Source: a virus. From it: a stretch of DNA of 64,000 nucleotides. The notes under the pieces are model-generated. The model was not told the origin of the DNA and did not search any database. It saw only the letters and a list, made by a program, of their open reading frames with translations. The stretch spans positions 35,983 to 99,982 of the IMG/VR virus record IMGVR_UViG_3300047160_010363; one strand, 5' to 3'. Position numbers and translations under genes: made by a program. Below are positions 61,408 to 64,000 of this stretch, piece by piece (position 1 is the stretch's first letter; each line of letters begins with the position of its first letter).

Positions 61408-61700
61408 TGGATTCTACCTCCTATCTGATGCCACCCTCGGCGCCAACCTAGCACATATCCAACCCAGGTAACGCAATAGTTAGTAGGCTTGCGCGTGGTG
61501 CCGTCAAGCCAGCGGCTCATAGTTGTCGCTGATACTTTATGTATGCCATTAGAGGCTTTGGCTGTCATCTCGGATATTTCTTTTGTGGATTTACCACTAG
61601 CAGTGATGATAGCGCAAATCTCTTCTATCACCGGATCGCGGTCACGCCAGCGATAGCCACGGTCACGGTTTAGGAAAGCGAGATTCAATGGACGAGTCAT
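61404..61700 (-). CDS. HTH (XRE-like) protein
   Basis: SGKS..EI.....VS.TT..RW..G.TRKP. Confidence 0.6.
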   Translation of the reverse strand: MTRPLNLAFLNRDRGYRWRDRDPVIEEICAIITASGKSTKEISEMTAKASNGIHKVSATTMSRWLDGTTRKPTNYCVTWVGYVLGWRRGWHQIGGRIQ

Positions 61701-63031
61701 CTATTACTCCCTTCGCGTGGACTGCTTAGCACCCGAGGACCGTAGACAGTACCTAGTTTAGGGTCTCCCCTACGATGAGCGCGTCGTGGCCACTCACGGT
61801 AGCCGCAGACGGTGCAGAAGTGAGGCACAGTAGGGACATCGAACTCGTGGGTGCAGAGAGGAGAACCGCGAGTACGGGAGCGAGCGATGTGAGGTCTCAC
61901 TGGATGATCTTTATGACGACGACCGCTAGGCGTGGCGGGTGGCTGATAATTACGGATGCGCTCGATTACGCGAGTCGGCGGCAGCTCCACCCGCAGAGTG
62001 CGGAACACGTGGCCCGGGAGGCGTAGTCGTGCCGATGTTGAGGGTGCGCGCACGCCAGTTGACTTCCACTCTTCAACACTAAGTGTTTCTGGCACAGAGC
62101 ACAGCACCTGCAACGCAAGCATAAACCGCAGGTCGCCATTAACCCCCATCCCAGCATTGAGGTAGGTAGTTTTTAAGTCCTTAAACCCAGGCAATAGCTC
62201 TGTCTCAGAGGCAGTTGGAACGCCAAACCAACCATAGCCAACAAGGCTCGACATATCCTTATAGGCTGGGTCACCTGAGTGAAACTTAGCCCAACGTTGG
62301 CCCAACGCCAACGAGTATCCATAACGACCCTCTTCATCATTCACTGCATTAGTTACTGACTTGCTGTCTATGAGATAATTATCCGCCGTTGATGCAGTCC
62401 AATGGTCGAGACAACTGGCTACGCCGTCGCTGTCAAAGTGTGGGTGCCATATATGACCAATCATGTGAACTATCAACGATGGTAAATCCCTATCGACAGT
62501 TAAGTGTTGACTAATTATGACGCAAGTGCGCAACGTGCCCACCGAACGCACCAGAAAGCCGGCACGGTGCGCTGCTTCGGGGTTATTTACGTCATCTATG
62601 TAGCCCAGATCGTGCAGGGCACGCATACGCTCACGCTCGTCCCACTCGTACCACGTCAGGTGCGCTGGAGGCGCTGAACGGCGAATTTGAGCAAGCAGTT
62701 CTGTCGGAGGTTGACAACTTATCTCCACGGCAGCACGCACTGCGCTGGAGTCAAGCTGATAACGGCTGGAGAGTTTGACTCCGTCCGATATAGTTTTCAG
62801 CTGCTCTCGCGAGCTCGGCCCCAGATGTGCCGCCAGTGACTTCATTTCGCGGCGTAGATTGACTGGCGCTGCTATCACGTGATCAGCTAGTGTGGATTTA
62901 CCCAGCGCTGACTGTAATGGCAGATCTCTTTGAGCTTCCTCTATAATACGATCTACCATCGCACCAGGAGACTCGTCTGGAGTACGAATATCACTACCGA
63001 CAAATGGTCTGGCACTATGCTTGATTTTCAT
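61697..63031 (-). CDS. Hypothetical protein with His/Arg-rich C-terminus
   Basis: H.VRPH.AR..C.H..C..C..W...H.RGDP..G; ATGA-coupled start at 63031. Confidence 0.6.
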   Translation of the reverse strand: MKIKHSARPFVGSDIRTPDESPGAMVDRIIEEAQRDLPLQSALGKSTLADHVIAAPVNLRREMKSLAAHLGPSSREQLKTISDGVKLSSRYQLDSSAVRAAVEISCQPPTELLAQIRRSAPPAHLTWYEWDERERMRALHDLGYIDDVNNPEAAHRAGFLVRSVGTLRTCVIISQHLTVDRDLPSLIVHMIGHIWHPHFDSDGVASCLDHWTASTADNYLIDSKSVTNAVNDEEGRYGYSLALGQRWAKFHSGDPAYKDMSSLVGYGWFGVPTASETELLPGFKDLKTTYLNAGMGVNGDLRFMLALQVLCSVPETLSVEEWKSTGVRAPSTSARLRLPGHVFRTLRVELPPTRVIERIRNYQPPATPSGRRHKDHPVRPHIARSRTRGSPLCTHEFDVPTVPHFCTVCGYREWPRRAHRRGDPKLGTVYGPRVLSSPREGSNR

Positions 63032-63246
63032 GGCTGTCTCCTCGCTAGCACTCGTGCGTGAGTGCCGCAATAGAGCCCACCCGGACCCTTACCCGGCTTA
63101 AAGTGACACTGGTGGAAAGTGCCGCGAGCTTCATGTTTCTCATAGGCGCAGCAGTTAGGGTCATAAGTCCTACCTTTAGGATTACCAGCCCAGACACCAT
63201 AACGCTTGCGTTCTGCTTCTTCCTTGGTGGTTGGTGGATTTAACAT
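63028..63246 (-). CDS. Small Cys/His protein
   Basis: YG.WAGNPKG..CC..HQC..G..GLYC..H. Confidence 0.55.
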   Translation of the reverse strand: MLNPPTTKEEAERKRYGVWAGNPKGRTYDPNCCAYEKHEARGTFHQCHFKPGKGPGGLYCGTHARVLARRQP

Positions 63247-63701
63247 GGCCTTCCGCCATTGTCATCAGCCCAATCAAGGGCGTCGTTCCAGGAATACGCC
63301 AGAAGCAGATATATCGGGTAACCCAATGGCTCCAGACCAGCAGCAGTGGCAGTTTGCTGGCAAATCTTTTCGCCACGGTCGGAAGGACCGCTCGTACAGC
63401 CAGGACCATACCAGGTTTCCCCGCGATCTTGTGTGGCATCTATCTCGCGCTTATCGTAGGCGTTCATCTCGAACGCACACCGCTTGATGAGGCGGGCAAT
63501 GGCGAAAATTTCTACTTGCATCAGGATCTCCTCTGGTTTAGAGTGTGACTCCAGCACTAGCTTGTATTTGCGAAACGATGAGGAACCACAGATAGGGCAC
63601 CACCGCCAGGATATTTTTGGGGATGGCTGACCATGATGTGAAGCACCACAGGATCCACAGATCCAATCACGTAGAAGTGCAATTAGGGAACTTTCATTCA
63701 T
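63240..63701 (-). CDS. Hypothetical protein with N-terminal Zn ribbon (second in-frame start at 63521)
   Basis: CGSCG..CPICGS; AACCAGAGGAG precedes both ATG 63701 and ATG 63521. Confidence 0.5.
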   Translation of the reverse strand: MNESSLIALLRDWICGSCGASHHGQPSPKISWRWCPICGSSSFRKYKLVLESHSKPEEILMQVEIFAIARLIKRCAFEMNAYDKREIDATQDRGETWYGPGCTSGPSDRGEKICQQTATAAGLEPLGYPIYLLLAYSWNDALDWADDNGGRPC

Positions 63702-63811
63702 GAGGACAACTCCTCTGGTTGAAGAGGGGTCGTGGACTGGCGTGTGTTAATCGCAGTCCACGACGAAAGTAAACTCCGATTTAGGCAGCCATTTGGTTCT
63801 CCTGTTATGGG

Positions 63812-64000
63812 TTAGGAAGCCTGCAATTCGAATTGATGTACCGATGATCGTACAGCATCTTCGTCAAACTTTGGCGACTGCTTACCGATGCGCAGCGATG
63901 CGTCCAACACCTTAACTGCTGTAGTCCATACACTAAGACGAGCAGCAGCACCAGCAGCATCAGCAGCAGCACCAGCAGCATCAGCAGCAGCACCAGCAGC
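63812..64000 (-). CDS. Ala-rich protein C-terminus, paralog of 36228-37040 (truncated by window edge)
   Basis: Manual translation ..AAARLSVWTTAVKVLDASLRIGKQSPKFDEDAVRSSVHQFELQAS*. Confidence 0.7.
   Translation of the reverse strand, partial: AAGAAADAAGAAADAAGAAARLSVWTTAVKVLDASLRIGKQSPKFDEDAVRSSVHQFELQAS

Overview
This 64 kb window is part of a tailed dsDNA bacteriophage genome. The host is probably an alphaproteobacterium (inferred from a DUF6456-like gene and a TSCPD-type NrdJ). Positions 1-27245 (+ strand) hold a contractile-tail module: sheath end, tube, chaperone with a -1 frameshift site, tape measure with a lysozyme domain, baseplate hub/spike/wedge proteins and fibres. It also holds three Gly-X-Thr collagen-like proteins, several signal-peptide-bearing Cys-rich proteins, counter-oriented inserts with their own promoters, and lysis genes (GH25 endolysin). 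Positions 27225-64000 (- strand) hold early and DNA-metabolism genes: a SAM methyltransferase, a three-domain glycosyltransferase, class II RNR, a family-B-like DNA polymerase, a SNF2-like helicase, and an amidoligase/GGCT module. The standout is a largely translationally coupled thymidine-hypermodification operon: Nmad1, a TS-like enzyme, 5-hmdU DNA kinase, a P-loop kinase and an amino-acid:DNA-transferase-like gene. In place of the amino-acid tailoring enzymes of known pathways it carries a myo-inositol-1-phosphate synthase and a CX5R phosphatase, suggesting an inositol-modified thymine. A second candidate system is glycosylation of the Thr-rich collagen-like virion proteins. All family calls come from motif recognition by eye; no database searches were run.
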